Below are positions 1 to 14,300 of a stretch of 64,000 nt of DNA, one piece after another. This DNA is from Nemertoderma westbladi (lineage: Eukaryota > Animalia > Xenacoelomorpha): assembly GCA_032718475.1 (NCBI GenBank), contig JAUCBJ010001793.1:1-64000 (forward strand), in the 5' to 3' direction. The notes beneath the pieces are model-generated. The model did not search any database. It had not been told where the DNA came from and saw only the letters and a program-made list of their open reading frames with translations. Position 1 is the first letter of the stretch, and each line of letters starts with the position of its first letter. Position numbers and translations under genes: made by a program.

Positions 1-3000
1 GCAAGTCGGAAGTCATCAATCAAATATAAATTCCCTCAACAATGTTTACCTATGGTCAGAATGGAAGGGCTATTTACCTATGGTCAGAGAGAGATCCCAC
101 TCTGTAATTTGGCAATTGCTCAAATTCATTCAGTTGAATGGCACAGTAGAGTGAACTAAACTAAATTCCCTCAACAATGTTTGGCTATGGTCTGAAAGAA
201 CTAACAGTCATTCAGCTTGCACAATGTCAATCACCTACAGTATAAAACATTTAGAATGCCACAGTGTGTATCCTGATACAGATAATAAGCAGTGATATAT
301 ATATTTCAAACTATAATGTTAGTGTTAGCCTTACACAGTATCAGTATGAGGCTGAGTAAACATTCCACCTTATAAGCATACTGCCTCCACAGAATTAATG
401 TTGGCCGAAAGATTTAAAAATAAAACAATTATTATTATAAATACAGTGCAATCCAATAGTACCCAACACACTGTGTAACTAACAGTCAATCAGCTTACAC
501 GTCAATTAACATAGAAGAGAGAGTAACCTTGTAGATCGCCATAGAAAGCATTGGGAAGAGTTATTCAGCTGAGGCTGTAATAGCCGGCTAACCCAGTGAA
601 TGATTATAAAGTTGGCACTGTATGTACTTCCTTGTTAGGTGGCTCCCTATAGAATAGCAAACCAACCAGTTGATGTTTGTTTGCACAGAGTGGTTGGTAG
701 GGCCTAAACAAACAGTATGGGTGTACTAAGTATAATACTCTTGGCAACCTCATCTATTTAATACTAAGCCTTGTGTAGAATTGCATTACATAAGTCATTT
801 TTCATCAGGACACCAGCTGTCATGGGTGTTATTTTACCATTGCGCCTATGGCGTTTTTTTCGTTTATCTCTATTTTTCGAGCCCAGAGGCTATGGACGGA
901 GTAGCCGATCATGCCAGGGACCTTAGAATCGCGGTATCTAGATGCTGTGAAAATTTCATCAAAATCGTTAGAGTAGTTTTGGCTGTAGATCAGCCAGCCA
1001 GCCAGCCAGCCAGTCAGCCAGCCAGCCAGCCAGTCAGTCAGTCAACAATTCTTACAGTAATCAAGTCTAACGACTTGCTAACTAGAGACGGCGTCAAGAC
1101 GCCGTTAAGCAAGTCGGAAGTCATCAATCAAATATAAATTCCCTCAACAATGTTTACCTATGGTCAGAATGGAAGGGCTATTTACCTATGGTCAGAGAGA
1201 GATCCCACTCTGTAATTTGGCAATTGCTCAAATTCATTCAGTTGAATGGCACAGTAGAGTGAACTAAACTAAATTCCCTCAACAATGTTTGGCTATGGTC
1301 TGAAAGAACTAACAGTCATTCAGCTTGCACAATGTCAATCACCTACAGTATAAAACATTTAGAATGCCACAGTGTGTATCCTGATACAGATAATAAGCAG
1401 TGATATATATATTTCAAACTATAATGTTAGTGTTAGCCTTACACAGTATCAGTATGAGGCTGAGTAAACATTCCACCTTATAAGCATACTGCCTCCACAG
1501 AATTAATGTTGGCCGAAAGATTTAAAAATAAAACAATTATTATTATAAATACAGTGCAATCCAATAGTACCCAACACACTGTGTAACTAACAGTCAATCA
1601 GCTTACACGTCAATTAACATAGAAGAGAGAGTAACCTTGTAGATCGCCATAGAAAGCATTGGGAAGAGTTATTCAGCTGAGGCTGTAATAGCCGGCTAAC
1701 CCAGTGAATGATTATAAAGTTGGCACTGTATGTACTTCCTTGTTAGGTGGCTCCCTATAGAATAGCAAACCAACCAGTTGATGTTTGTTTGCACAGAGTG
1801 GTTGGTAGGGCCTAAACAAACAGTATGGGTGTACTAAGTATAATACTCTTGGCAACCTCATCTATTTAATACTAAGCCTTGTGTAGAATTGCATTACATA
1901 AGTCATTTTTCATCAGGACACCAGCTGTCATGGGTGTTATTTTACCATTGCGCCTATGGCGTTTTTTTCGTTTATCTCTATTTTTCGAGCCCAGAGGCTA
2001 TGGACGGAGTAGCCGATCATGCCAGGGACCTTAGAATCGCGGTATCTAGATGCTGTGAAAATTTCATCAAAATCGTTAGAGTAGTTTTGGCTGTAGATCA
2101 GCCAGCCAGCCAGCCAGCCAGTCAGCCAGCCAGCCAGCCAGTCAGTCAGTCAACAATTCTTACAGTAATCAAGTCTAACGACTTGCTAACTAGTGACGGG
2201 CCTAGCGGCCCGATAAGGAACCGACTTTTTATTTTAAATAAAAGAGACAACGAGAATTAGTATAGAACTAATAATTATGTAAAAATACAATCATATTTCA
2301 TACAATAATTATTAATAAATTCGATCTATTATTAGTTGCTCAATTCTAGAACAAAATCGACCTGCAACTAGTGAAGACCTCGTTTTGGAATTTCGAAACC
2401 ACGCTGGTGCGATGCGCGATATCGTGTTTAGTTAATAAATCGAAAACTCCATCAATTCATGTGCAACCAGTAATAAGAAATCGCGATAAATGTAATTAAA
2501 TAAAAATTATTCTAGAAAAATTTTCCTCAAAAAGTATGACGTCTTGGCATTGGTGACGCGAAACTAGGCTAGTGAGATTCAGGATATTGCGTTTAATATA
2601 AAAATCGAAAACGCTATCGAATTCCGTAAAGGCGTTAATAAAATACTGCAACTTTTTTGAAATTTGTAAAATTCTAGAACTAGAAAAAATTAATTTTTGA
2701 ACGGCGCTGTTTGGGTTTTCGAAACATGGATAGGCTGAAAGAGGACATCGAATTAAGTTGAAAAATGAAAACCCCATCGAATTTGGACAAAGCGTTCCGG
2801 AGTTATAGCGGATCGAAAAAAATTGACCCCCCCCAGTCGCCAAAAATTTACAGTAATTTAAAATTTTGCAAAAAAAATTTTTTGCGTTATTTTTGATGGC
2901 GAATCGATTGGCAGTACTGGCTATGAAAAATTTTTTTTTGAAATTATTGGTCAAAAAAAAAACATGGAAAAAGTATATTTTTAAAAAGATTTGATGTCTT

Positions 3001-5345
3001 TGCCTATGGTGAGAGAATGATCCAACTCTGTAACTTGGCAATCGCTCAAATCCATTCAGCTGAATAGCACAGTAGAGTAAACTAAAGTAAATTCCCTATA
3101 CAATGTTCTGAAGGGGAGACTGACAGAGAGTAATCCAACAAAAAAACATTTTGCAATAATGTTGGCATTAATGTAGCCAACTTACTGTGTACGTAACAGT
3201 CGAGTCATTCAGCTTACATTAGCAGAGTGAGATATTCCCATAGATTGCATTGGGAAGAGTAATTCAGCTGAGGCTATAATAGATTTCAAACTAAACCAAC
3301 CACCAGTCAATGTTTGCTTTGACAGAGAGTGCAGGGCCTAAACAAACAGTATGGGTGTACTAAGTATAATAATCTTGGCAACCTCATCGATTTATTACTA
3401 AGCCTTGTGTAGAAATGCATTACATAAACCATTTTTCATCAGGACACCAGCTGTCATTGGTGTTATTTTACCATTGCGCCTATGGCGTTTTTTCGTTTAT
3501 GTCTATTTTTCGAGCCCAGAGGCTATGGACGGAGTAGCCGATCATGCCAGGGACCTTAGAATCGCGGTATCTAGATGCTGTGAAAATTTCATCAAAATCG
3601 TTAGAGCAGTTTTGGCTGTAGATCAGTCAGTCAGCCAGTCAGCTAACAATTCTTACAGTAATGAACCTCTCGGTTCCTAACTAGAGACGGCGTCAAGACG
3701 CCGTTAAGCAAGTCGGAAGTCGTCAATCAAAGGTAAGTTCCCTCAACAATGTTTACCTTTGTTCAGAAGGGAAGTGTTATTTATCTATGGTCAGAGAGAG
3801 ATCCCACTCTGTAATTTGGCAATTGCTCAAATCCATTCAGCTGAATGACTCAGTAGAGTAAACTAAAGTAAATTCCCTCAGCCTCAACAATGTTTGCCTA
3901 TGGTGTGAAGGGAATCTGACAGAGAATAATCTTAGCCACTAAATGTCATTCACCTAACAAAACATTTTGAATGCCACAGTGATTAACCCAATACAGATAA
4001 TAAGCAGTTATTTTTATATTTCAAACTATAATGTTAGTGTAAGCCTTACAGAGTATCAGTATGAGGCTGAGTAAACATTCCGCCTTATAAGCACACAGCC
4101 TCCACAGTATTAATGTTGGCCAAAAGATTTAAAAATAAAATACAGTGCAATAGTACTCTGTAACCTACAGTCATTCAGCTTGCACTAAATATCAATCACC
4201 TATAAAACATTTAAACATTTTGAATGCCACAGTGTGTAACCTGATACAGATAATAAGCAGTGATTTTTATGTTTTAAACTATAACGTTAGTGTTAGACTT
4301 ACAGTGTATCAGTATGAAGCTGAGTAAACATTCGCCTTATAAGCATACAACCTCCAAAATATTAATGTTGGACGAAAGATTTAAAAATAAAATACAGTGC
4401 AGTAGTACTCTGTAACTAACAGTCATTCAGCTTGCACTAAATGTCAATCACCTATAAAACATTTTGAATGCCACAGTGATTATTAACCCAATACAGATAA
4501 TAAGAAGTGATTTTTATATTTCAAACTATAATGTTAGTCTTAGCCTTACAGAGTATCAGTATAAGGCTGAGTAAACATTCCACCTTATAAGCATACAGCC
4601 TCCACAGTATTAATGTTGGCATTAATGTAGCCGATACACTGTATACCTAATAGTCATTCAGCAGGGGGAAGAGTTATTCAGCTGAGGCGGTAATAGATTG
4701 CAAACTAAACCAACCAGTTGGCAGCCTCATCGATTTATACTAAGCCTGTGTAGAAAGAACCACAAACGAAATCAACCAGTTAATATTTGCTTTGACAGAG
4801 AGTGCAGGGCCTAAACAAACAGTATGGGTGTACTAAGTACAATAATCTTGGCAACCTCATCGATTTATTACTAAGCCTTGTGTAGAAATGCATTAGATAA
4901 GCCATTTTTCATCAGGACACCAGCTGTCATTGGTGTTATTTTACCATTGCGCCTATGGCGTTTTTTTCGTTTATCTCTTTTTTTCGAACACAGAGGCTAT
5001 GGACGGAGTAGCCGATCATGCCAGGGACCTTAGAATCGCGGTATCTAGATGCTGTGAAAATTTCATCAAAATCGTTAGAGTAGTTTTGGCTGTAGGTCAG
5101 TCAGTCAGTCAGTCAGTCAGTCAGTCAATCAGTCAGCCACGAGCAATTCTTACAGTAATCAAGTCTAACGACTTGCTAAAGAGTAGTTTTGGCTGTAGGT
5201 CAGTCAGTCAGTCAGTCAGTCAGTCAGTCAATCAGTCAGCCACGAGCAATTCTTACAGTAATCAAGTCTAACGACTTGCTAACTAGTGACGGGCCTAGCG
5301 GCCCGATAAGGAACCGACTTTTCATTTCAAATAAAAGAGACAACG

Positions 5346-6270
5346 AGCTCGGCTCGGTCTGGCATGATTGGGCCCGATTCAGTTCGACTTGGCTTGATCG
5401 GCTCGGTTTGGCTCGATTGGGCTCGACTCGACTCAGCTCGATTCGGCTCAATCGGCTCGATTGGTCTCGACTCAGATCGGTTGGGCTCGAATCAGCTCGA
5501 TTGGGGTTGACTCGGCTCGATTTGGCTCAACTTGGCTCAGTCCGGCTCGACTGGGCTCGGTCCGGCTCAATTGGGCTCGACTAGGGTTGATTGAGCTCGA
5601 CTCGGCTCTATTGGGCTCGACTCGATTCGATTGGGCTTAACTCGGCTCAGTCTGGCTCGACTCGGCTTGATTATGCTCAACTCGGCTCTGTCCGGCTCGA
5701 CTCAGCTCGGTTGGGCTCGAATCGGCTCGATTGGGGTTGACTCGGCTCGATTTGGCTCAACTTGGCTCAGTCCGGCTCGACTGGGCTCGGTCCGGCTCAA
5801 TTGGGCTCGGCTAGGCTTGATTGAGCTCAACTCGGCTCCGTCCGGCTCGACTCAGCTCGATTGGGCTCGACTCGGCTTGATTGGTCTCGACTCGACTCAG
5901 TCCGGCTCAATTTGGCGTGACATGGCTCGACTCGGCTCGATTGGGTTCTGCTCTGCTCGGTCTGAGTCGACTCAGCTTGATTCGGCTCAATTGGCTCGAT
6001 TGGGTTCGACTCGGCTCAGTCCGGCTCTCGACTTGGCTCAATTGGGCTTGATTCGACTCAATCGATTGGGATTGATTGGGCTTGACTCGGCTCGATTTGG
6101 CTCAAATTGGCCCAGTCTGGCACGATTGGGCTCGGTCCCGCTCAATTGAGCTCGACTAGGATTGATTGGGCTCTACTCGGCTCTATTGGGCTCGACTCGA
6201 CTCGATTGGGCTTGACTCGGCTCAGTCTGGCTTGCTCGGCTTGATTGGGCTCAACTCGGCTCCATTCGGG
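5346..6270. repeat. Degenerate pentamer (GGCTC/GATTG/GACTC)n tract inside a B unit
   Basis: 5-bp periodic, highly diverged repeat that replaces part of the B interior between 'gagacaacgag' and 'gtgaagacctc'. Confidence 0.9.
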
Positions 6271-8059
6271 TGAAGACCTCGTTTTGGAATTTCGAAACCA
6301 CGCTGGTGCGATGCGCGATATCGTGTTTAGTTAATAAATTTAAAACTCCATCAATTCATGTGCAAATAAGAAATCGCGATAAATGTAATTAAATAAAAAT
6401 TATTCTAGAAAACTTTTCCTCAAAAAGTATGAAGTCTTGGCATTGGTGACGCGAAACTAGGCTATTGAGATTCAGGATATTGCGTTTAATATAAAAATCG
6501 AAAACGCTATCGAATTCCGTAAAGGCGTTAATAAAATACTGAAACTTTTTTGAAATTTGTAAAATTCTAGAACTGGAAAAAATTATTTTTTGAACGGCGC
6601 TGTTTGGGGTTTGGAAACATGGATAGGCTGAAAGAGGACATCTAATTAAGTTGAAAAATGAAAACCCCATCGAATTTGGACAAAGCGTTCCGGAGTTATA
6701 GCGGATCGAAAAAAATTGACCCCCCCCAGTCGCCAAAAATTTACAGTAATTTAAAATTTTGCAAAAAAAATTTTTTGCGTTATTTTTGATGGCGAATCGA
6801 TTGGCAGTACTGGCTACGAAAAATTTTTTTTTGAAATTTTTGGTCAGAAAAAAAACATGGAAAAAGTATATTTTTAAAAAGATTTGATGTCTTTGCCTAT
6901 GGTCAGAGAATGATCCAACTCTGTAACTTGGCAATCGCTCAAATCCATTCAGCTGAATGGCACAGTAGAGTAAACTAAAGTAAATTCCCTATACAATGTT
7001 CTGAAGGGGTGACTGACAGAGAGTAATCCAACAATAAAACATTTTGCAATAATGTTGGCATTAATGTAGCCAACTCACTGTGTACTTAACAGTCATTCAG
7101 CTTACATTAGCAGAGTGAGATATTACCATAGATTGCATTGGGGAGAGTAATTCAGCTGAGGCGATATTAGATTTCAAACTAAACCAACCAGTTCATAATG
7201 TTTGCTTTGACAGAGAGTGGTGGCCTATACAAACAGTATGGGTGTACTGAGTATAATAATCTTGGCAACCTCATCGATTTATTACTAAGCCTTCTGTAGA
7301 AATGCATTACATAAGCCATTTTTCATCACGACACCAGCTGTCATGGGTGTTATTTTACCATTGCGCCTATGGCGTTTTTTCGTTTATGTCTATTTTTCGA
7401 GCCCACGGCTCATGGACGAAATAGCGGACCGAAATACCAGGGACCTTAGAATCGCGGTATCTAGCCGCTGTGAAAATTTCATCAAAATCGTTAGAGTAGT
7501 TTTGGCTGTAGATTAGTCAGTCAGTCAGTCAGCCAGCCAGCCAGCCAGCCAGTCTCGAGCAATTCTTACAGTAATGAACCTCTCGGTTCCTAACTAGAGA
7601 CGGCGTCAAGACGCCGTTAAGCAAGTCGGAAGTCATCAATCAAATGTAAATTCCATCAACAAGCTGTCATTGGTGTTATTTTACCATTGCGCCTATGGCG
7701 TTTTTTCGTTTATGTCTATTTTTCGAGCCCACGGCTCATGGACGAAATAGCGGAACATACCAGGGACCTTAGAATCGCGGTATCTAGCCGCTGTGAAAAT
7801 TTCATCAAAATCGTTAGAGTAGTTTTGGCTGTAGATCAGCCAGCCAGCCAGCCAGCCAGTCAGCCAGCCAGCCAGCCAGTCAATCAGCCAACAATTCTTA
7901 CAGTAATCAAGTCCTACGACTTGCTAACTAGTGACGGGCCTAGCGGCCCGATAAGGAACCGACTTTTTATTTCAAATAAAAGAGACAACGAGCTCGGCTC
8001 GGTCTTGCACGATTGGGCACGATTAAGTTCGACTTGGCTTGATTGGCTCGGTTTGGCTC

Positions 8060-9012
8060 GATTAGGCTCGGCTCGGCTCGGTTCGGCTCGGCTCGGCTCG
8101 GCTCGGCTCGGCTCGGCTCGGCTCGGCTCGGCTCGGCTCGGCTCGGCTCGGCTCGGCTCGGCTCGGCTTGGCTCGGCTCGGCTCGGCTAGGCTCGGCTCG
8201 GCTCGATTAGGCTCGGCTCAGCTCGGCTCGGCTTGGCTCGGCCTGGCTCGGCTTGGCTCGGCTCGGCTCGGCTCGGCTCGGCTCGGCTCGGCTCGGCTCG
8301 GCTCGGCTCGGCTCGGCTCGGCTCGGCTCAGCTCAGCTCGGCTCGGCTCGGCTCAGCTCGGCTCGGCTCGGCTCGACTCGGCTCGGCTCGGCTCGGCTTG
8401 GCTCGGCCTGGCTCGGCTTGGCTCAGCCTGGCTCGGCTCGGCTTGGCTCGGCCTGGCTCGGCTCGGCACGGCTCGGCTCGGCTCGGCTCGGCTCGGCTCG
8501 GCTCGGCTCGGCTCGGCTCGGCTCGGCTCGGCTCGGCTCGGCTCGGCTCGGCTCGGCTCGGCTCGGCTCGGCTCGGTTCGGCTCGGCTCGGCTCGGCTCG
8601 GCTCGGCTCGGCTCGGCTCGGCTCGGCTCGGCTCGGCTCGGCTCGGCTCGGCTCGGCTCGGCTCGGCTCGGCTCGGCTCGGCTCGGCTCGGCTCGGCTCG
8701 GCTCGGCACGGCTCGGCTCGGTTCGGCTCGGCTTGGCTCGGCTCGGCTCGGCTCGTCTTGGCTCGGCTCGGCTCGGCTCGGCTCGGCTCGGCTCGGCTCG
8801 GCTCGGCTCGGCTCGGCTCGGCTCGGCTCGGCTCGGCTCGGCTCGGCTCGGCTCGGCTCGGCTCGGCTCGGCTCGGCTCGGCTCGGCTCGGCTCGGCTCG
8901 GCTCGGCTCGGCTCGGCTCGGCTCGGCTCGGCTCGGCTCGGCTCGGCTCGGCTCGGCTCGGCTCGGCTCGGCTCGGCTCGGCTTGGCTCGGCTCGGCTCG
9001 GCTTGGCTCGGT
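8060..9012. repeat. (GGCTC)n microsatellite
   Basis: Near-pure pentamer run; source of the spurious SARLG/AEPSR ORFs. Confidence 0.97.
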
Positions 9013-12000
9013 CTGAGTCGACTCCCCGTGCTGCTCGAAGGGCGCAAATACATATATCGAAGGGTCAAAGCAAAACTCACGTGCTGCTCGAAGGGACAAA
9101 GTCAAACAATGTGTCTATTATTTGATGTAATTCACGTGCTGCTCGAAGGGCGCAAATACATATATCGAAGGGTCAAAGCAAAACTCACGTGCTGCTCGAA
9201 GGGACAAAGTCAAACATTGTGTCTATTATTTGATCATCTCACGTGCTGCTAGAAGGGCGCAACTACATATATCGAAACAAGCCCCTGTCTTGTATTTTAA
9301 TTATATCAGAAATCGTTGCCTTCAGTACAAATATCTAAAAATTCATTCACCTGAAGTATGGGTAACATTATAAATTCGTTTTTCGCACAGTAGAGTTAAC
9401 TAAGCAAATACCCTCCAGGTTGACTGAATGATTTTATTAATGTTTGCCATGCATAATGTACTATATTTGGGTCCCATGACCCACCCCATTGAACAGCTTT
9501 GCTTACATCTGATAGAAAGTAATCCCAAATTAACTTCCCTCTACGAAAATTATTTTAATTAAATACATACAACATAGCAGTCAACTCTGCTATCAACAGT
9601 ACACAATAACTAAAATGGCATTCAGCTTACCAGCTATTCGCATTAAGCTAATAGATATTCGATTTCATTGGATTCAGTGAGTGTGTGAGGGCTATTGGGA
9701 GAGCAATCAGCTTATGATGTAATACATTAGAATCCCACAGCTTTTGTTTGCTTACTGTCTGAGTTGTAGAGTGAGGATAATACTTGGCAGAGAAAGCATT
9801 TCCTTGTTAGGTGGCCATTCCTATAGAATAGCATTACTAGGCCATCTCTATGCATTTTTCATGAGTGCCAGCTGGTGTTTTTATCATTGCGCCTATGGCG
9901 TTTTTTCGTTTATGTCTATTTTTCGAGCCCACGGCTCATGGACAAAATAGCGGAACATTCCAGGGACCTTAGAATCGCGGTATCTAGATGCTGTGAAAAT
10001 TTCATCAAAATCGTTAGAGCAGTTTTGGCTGTAGATCAGTCAGCCAGCCAGTCAGTCAGTCAGCTAACAATTCTTACAGTAATGAACCTCTCGGTTCCTA
10101 ACTAGAGACGGCGTCAAGACGCCGTTAAGCAAGTCGGAAGTCATCAATCAAATGTAAATTCCATCAACAAGCTGTCATTGGTGTTATTTTACCATTGCGC
10201 CTATGGCGTTTTTTCGTTTATGTCTATTTTTCGAGCCCACGGCTCATGGACGAAATAGCGGAACATACCAGGGACCTTAGAATCGCGGTATCTAGCCGCT
10301 GTGAAAATTTCATCAAAATCGTTAGAGTAGTTTTGGCTGTAGATCAGCCAGCCAGCCAGCCAGCCAGTCAGCCAGCCAGCCAGCCAGTCAATCAGCCAAC
10401 AATTCTTACAGTAATCAAGTCCTACGACTTGCTAACTAGTGACGGGCCTAGCGGCCCGATAAGGAACCGACTTTTTATTTTAAATAAAAGAGACAACGAG
10501 AATTAGTATAGAACTAATAATTATGTAAAAATACAATCACATTTCATACAATAATTATTAATAAATTCGATCTATTATTAGTTGCTCAATTCTAGAACAA
10601 AATCGACCTGCAACTAGTGAAGACCTCGTTTTGGAATTTCGAAACCACGCTGGTGCGATGCGCGATATCGTGTTTAGTTAATAAATTGATAACTCCATCA
10701 ATTCATGTGCAACCGGTAATAAGAAATCGCGATAAATGTAATTAAATAAAAATTATTCTAGAAAAATTTTCCTCAAAAAGTATGAAGTCTTGGCGTTGGT
10801 GCCGCAAAACTAGGCTAGTGAGATTCAGGATATTGCGTTTAATATAAAAATCGAAAACGCTATCGAATTCCGTAAAGGCGTTTATAAAATACTGCAACTT
10901 TTTTGAAATTTGTAAAATTCTAGAACTAGAAAAAATTAATTTTTGAACGGTGCTGTTTGGGGTTTCGAAAAATGGATAGGCTGAAAGAGGACGTCGAATT
11001 AAGTTGAAAAATAAAAACCCCATCGAATTTGGACAAAGCGTTCCGGAGTTATAGCGGATCGAAAAAAATTGACCCCCCCCAGTCGTCAAAAATTTACAGT
11101 AATTTAAAATTTTGCAAAAAAATTTTTTTGCGTTATTTTTGATGGCGAATCGATTGGCAGTACTGGCTACAAAAATTTTTTTTTGAAATTTTTGGTCAGA
11201 AAAAAAACATGGAAAAAGTATCTTTTTAAAAAGATTTGATGTCTTTGCCTATGGTCAGAGAATGATCCAACTCTGTAACTTGGCAATTGCTCAAATCCAT
11301 TCAGCTGAATGGCACAGTAGAGTAAACTAAACTATATTCCCTATACAATGTTCTGAAGGGGAGACTGACAGAGAGTAATCCAACAATAAAACATTTTGCA
11401 ATAATGTTGGTCTTAGCCTTACAGAGTATCAGTATAAGGCTGAGTAAACATTCCACCTTATAAGCATACAGCCTCCACAGTATTAATGTTGGCATTAATG
11501 TAGCCGATACACTGTATACCTAATAGTCATTCAGCAGGGGGAAGAGTTATTCAGCTGAGGCGGTAATAGATTGCAAACTAAACCAACCAGTTGGCAGCCT
11601 CATCGATTTATACTAAGCCTGTGTAGAACCACAAACTAAATCAACCAGTTAATATTTGCTTTGACAGAGACTGAGGGCCTAAACAAACAGTATGGGTGTA
11701 CTAAGTACAATAATCTTGGCAACCTCATCGATTTATATACTAAGCCTTGTGTAGAAATCCATTACATAAGCCATTTTTCATCACGACACCAGCTGTTATT
11801 GGTGTTATTTTACCATTGCGCCTATGGCGTTTTTTCGTTTATGTCTATTTTTCGAGCCCACGGCTCATGGACGAAATAGCAGAACATACCAGGGACCTTA
11901 GAATCGCGGTATCTAGCCGCTGTGAAAATTTCATCAAAATCGTTAGAGTAGTTTTGGCTGTAGATTAGCCAGTCAATCAATCAATCAATCAGCAAACAAT

Positions 12001-12402
12001 TCTTACAGTAATGAACCTCTCGGTTCCTAACTAGTGACGGGCCTAGCGGCCCGATAAGGAACCGACTTTTTATTTTAAATAAAAGAGACAACGAGAATTA
12101 GTATAGAACTAATAATTATGTAAAAATACAATCATATTTCATACAATAATTATTAATAAATTTGATCTATTATTAGTTGCTCAATTCTAGAACAAAATCG
12201 ACCTGCAACTAGTGAAGACCTCGTTTTGGAATTTCGAAACCATGCTGGTGCGATGCGCGATATCGTGTTTAGTTAATAAATTGAAAACTCCATCAGTTCA
12301 TGTCCAACCAGTAATAAGAAATCGCGATAAAGTAATTAAATAAAAATTATTCTAGAAAAATTTTCTCAAAAAGTATGAAGTCTTGGCATTGGTGACGCGA
12401 AA

Positions 12403-12751
12403 CGGCTCGGCTTGGCCCGGCTTGGCCTGGCTCGGCTCGGCCCGGCCCGGCTCGGCTCGGCTCGGCTCGGCTCGGCTCGGCTCGGCTCGGCTCGGCTCGG
12501 CTCGGCTCGGCTCGGCTCGATTAGGCTCGGCTCGGCTCGGCTCGTCTCGGCTCGGCACGGCTCGGCTCGGCTCGGCTCGGCTCGGCTCGGCTCGGCTCGG
12601 CTCGGCTCGGCTCGGCTCGGCTCGGCTCGGCTCGGCTCGGCTCGGCTCGGCTCGGCTCGGCTCGGCTCGGCTCGGCTCGGCTCGGCTCGGCTCGGCTCGG
12701 CTCGGCTCGGCTCGGCTCAGCTTGGCTCGGCTTGGCTCGGCTTGGCTCGGT
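12403..12751. repeat. (GGCTC)n microsatellite
   Basis: Near-pure pentamer run inside a B unit. Confidence 0.97.
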
Positions 12752-14300
12752 CTGAGTCGACTCCCCGTGCTGCTCAAAGGGCGCAAATACATATATCGAA
12801 GGGTCAAAGCAAAACTCACGTGCTGCTCGAAGGGTCAAAGTCAAACAATGTGTCTATTATTTGATGTAATTCACGTGCTGCTCGAAGGGCGCAAATACAT
12901 ATATCGAAGGGTCAAAGCAAAACTCACGTGCTGCTCGAAGGGACAAAGTCAAACATCGTGTCTATTATTTGATTATCTCACGTGCTGCTAGAAGGGCGCA
13001 ACTACATATATCGAAACAAGCCCCTGTCTTGTATTTTAATTATATCAGAAATCCTTGCCTTCAGTACAAATATCTAAAAATTCATTCACCTGAAGTATGG
13101 GTAACATTATAAATTCGTTTTTCGCACAGTAGAGTTAACTAAGCAAATACCCTCCAGGTTGACTGAATGATTTTATTAATGTTTGCCATGCATAATGTAC
13201 TATATTTGGGTCCCATGACCCACCCCATTGAACAGCTTTGCTTACATCTGATAGAAAGTAATCCCAAATTAACTTCCCTCTACGAAAATTATTTTAATTA
13301 AATACATACAACATAGCAGTCAACTCTGCAATCAACAGTACACAATAACGAAAATGGCATTCAGCTTACCAGCTATTCGCATTAAGCTAATAGATATTCG
13401 ATTTCATTGGATTCAGCGAGTGTGTGAGGGCTATTGGGAGAGCAATCAGCTTATGATGTAATACATTAGAATCCCACAGCTTTTGTTTGCTTACTGTCTG
13501 AGTTGTAGAGTGAGGATAATACTTGGCAGAGAAAGCATTTCTTTGTTAGGTGGCCATTCCTATAGAATAGCATTACTAGGCTATCTCTATCCATTTTTCA
13601 TGAGAGCCAGCTGGTGTTTTTATCATTGCGCCTATGGCGTTTTTTCGTTTATGTCTATTTTTCGAGCCCACGGCTCATGGACGAAATAGCGGAACATACC
13701 AGGGACCTTAGAATCCGGTCAGCCAGCCGCTGTGAAAATTTCATCAAAATCGTTAGAGTCGTTTTGGCTGTAGATCAGCCAGCCAGTCAGCCACGAGCAA
13801 TTCTTACAGTAATGAACCTCTCGGTTCCTAACTAGAGACGGCGTCAAGACGCCGTTAAGCAAGTCGGAAGTCATCAATCAAATGTAAATTCCATCAACAA
13901 GCTGTCATTGGTGTTATTTTACCATTGCGCCTATGGCGTTTTTTCGTTTATGTCTATTTTTCGAGCCCACGGCTCATGGACGAAATAGCGGAACATACCA
14001 GGGACCTTAGAATCGCGGTATCTAGCCGCTGTGAAAATTTCATCAAAATCGTTAGAGTAGTTTTGGCTGTAGATCAGCCAGCCAGCCAGCCAGCCAGTCA
14101 GCCAGCCAGCCAGCCAGTCAATCAGCCAACAATTCTTACAGTAATCAAGTCCTACGACTTGCTAACTAGTGACGGGCCTAGCGGCCCGATAAGGAACCGA
14201 CTTTTTATTTCAAATAAAAGAGACAACGAGCTCGGCTCGGTCTTGCACGATTGGGCACGATTAAGTTCGACTTGGCTTGATCGGCTCGGTTTGGCTCGAT

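Noticed and set aside
795-820. CTGATGA on the - strand of the array core as a possible hammerhead
   Set aside because: No stem II, GAAA or closing stems; the motif is mutated (tcatcacg) in many units.
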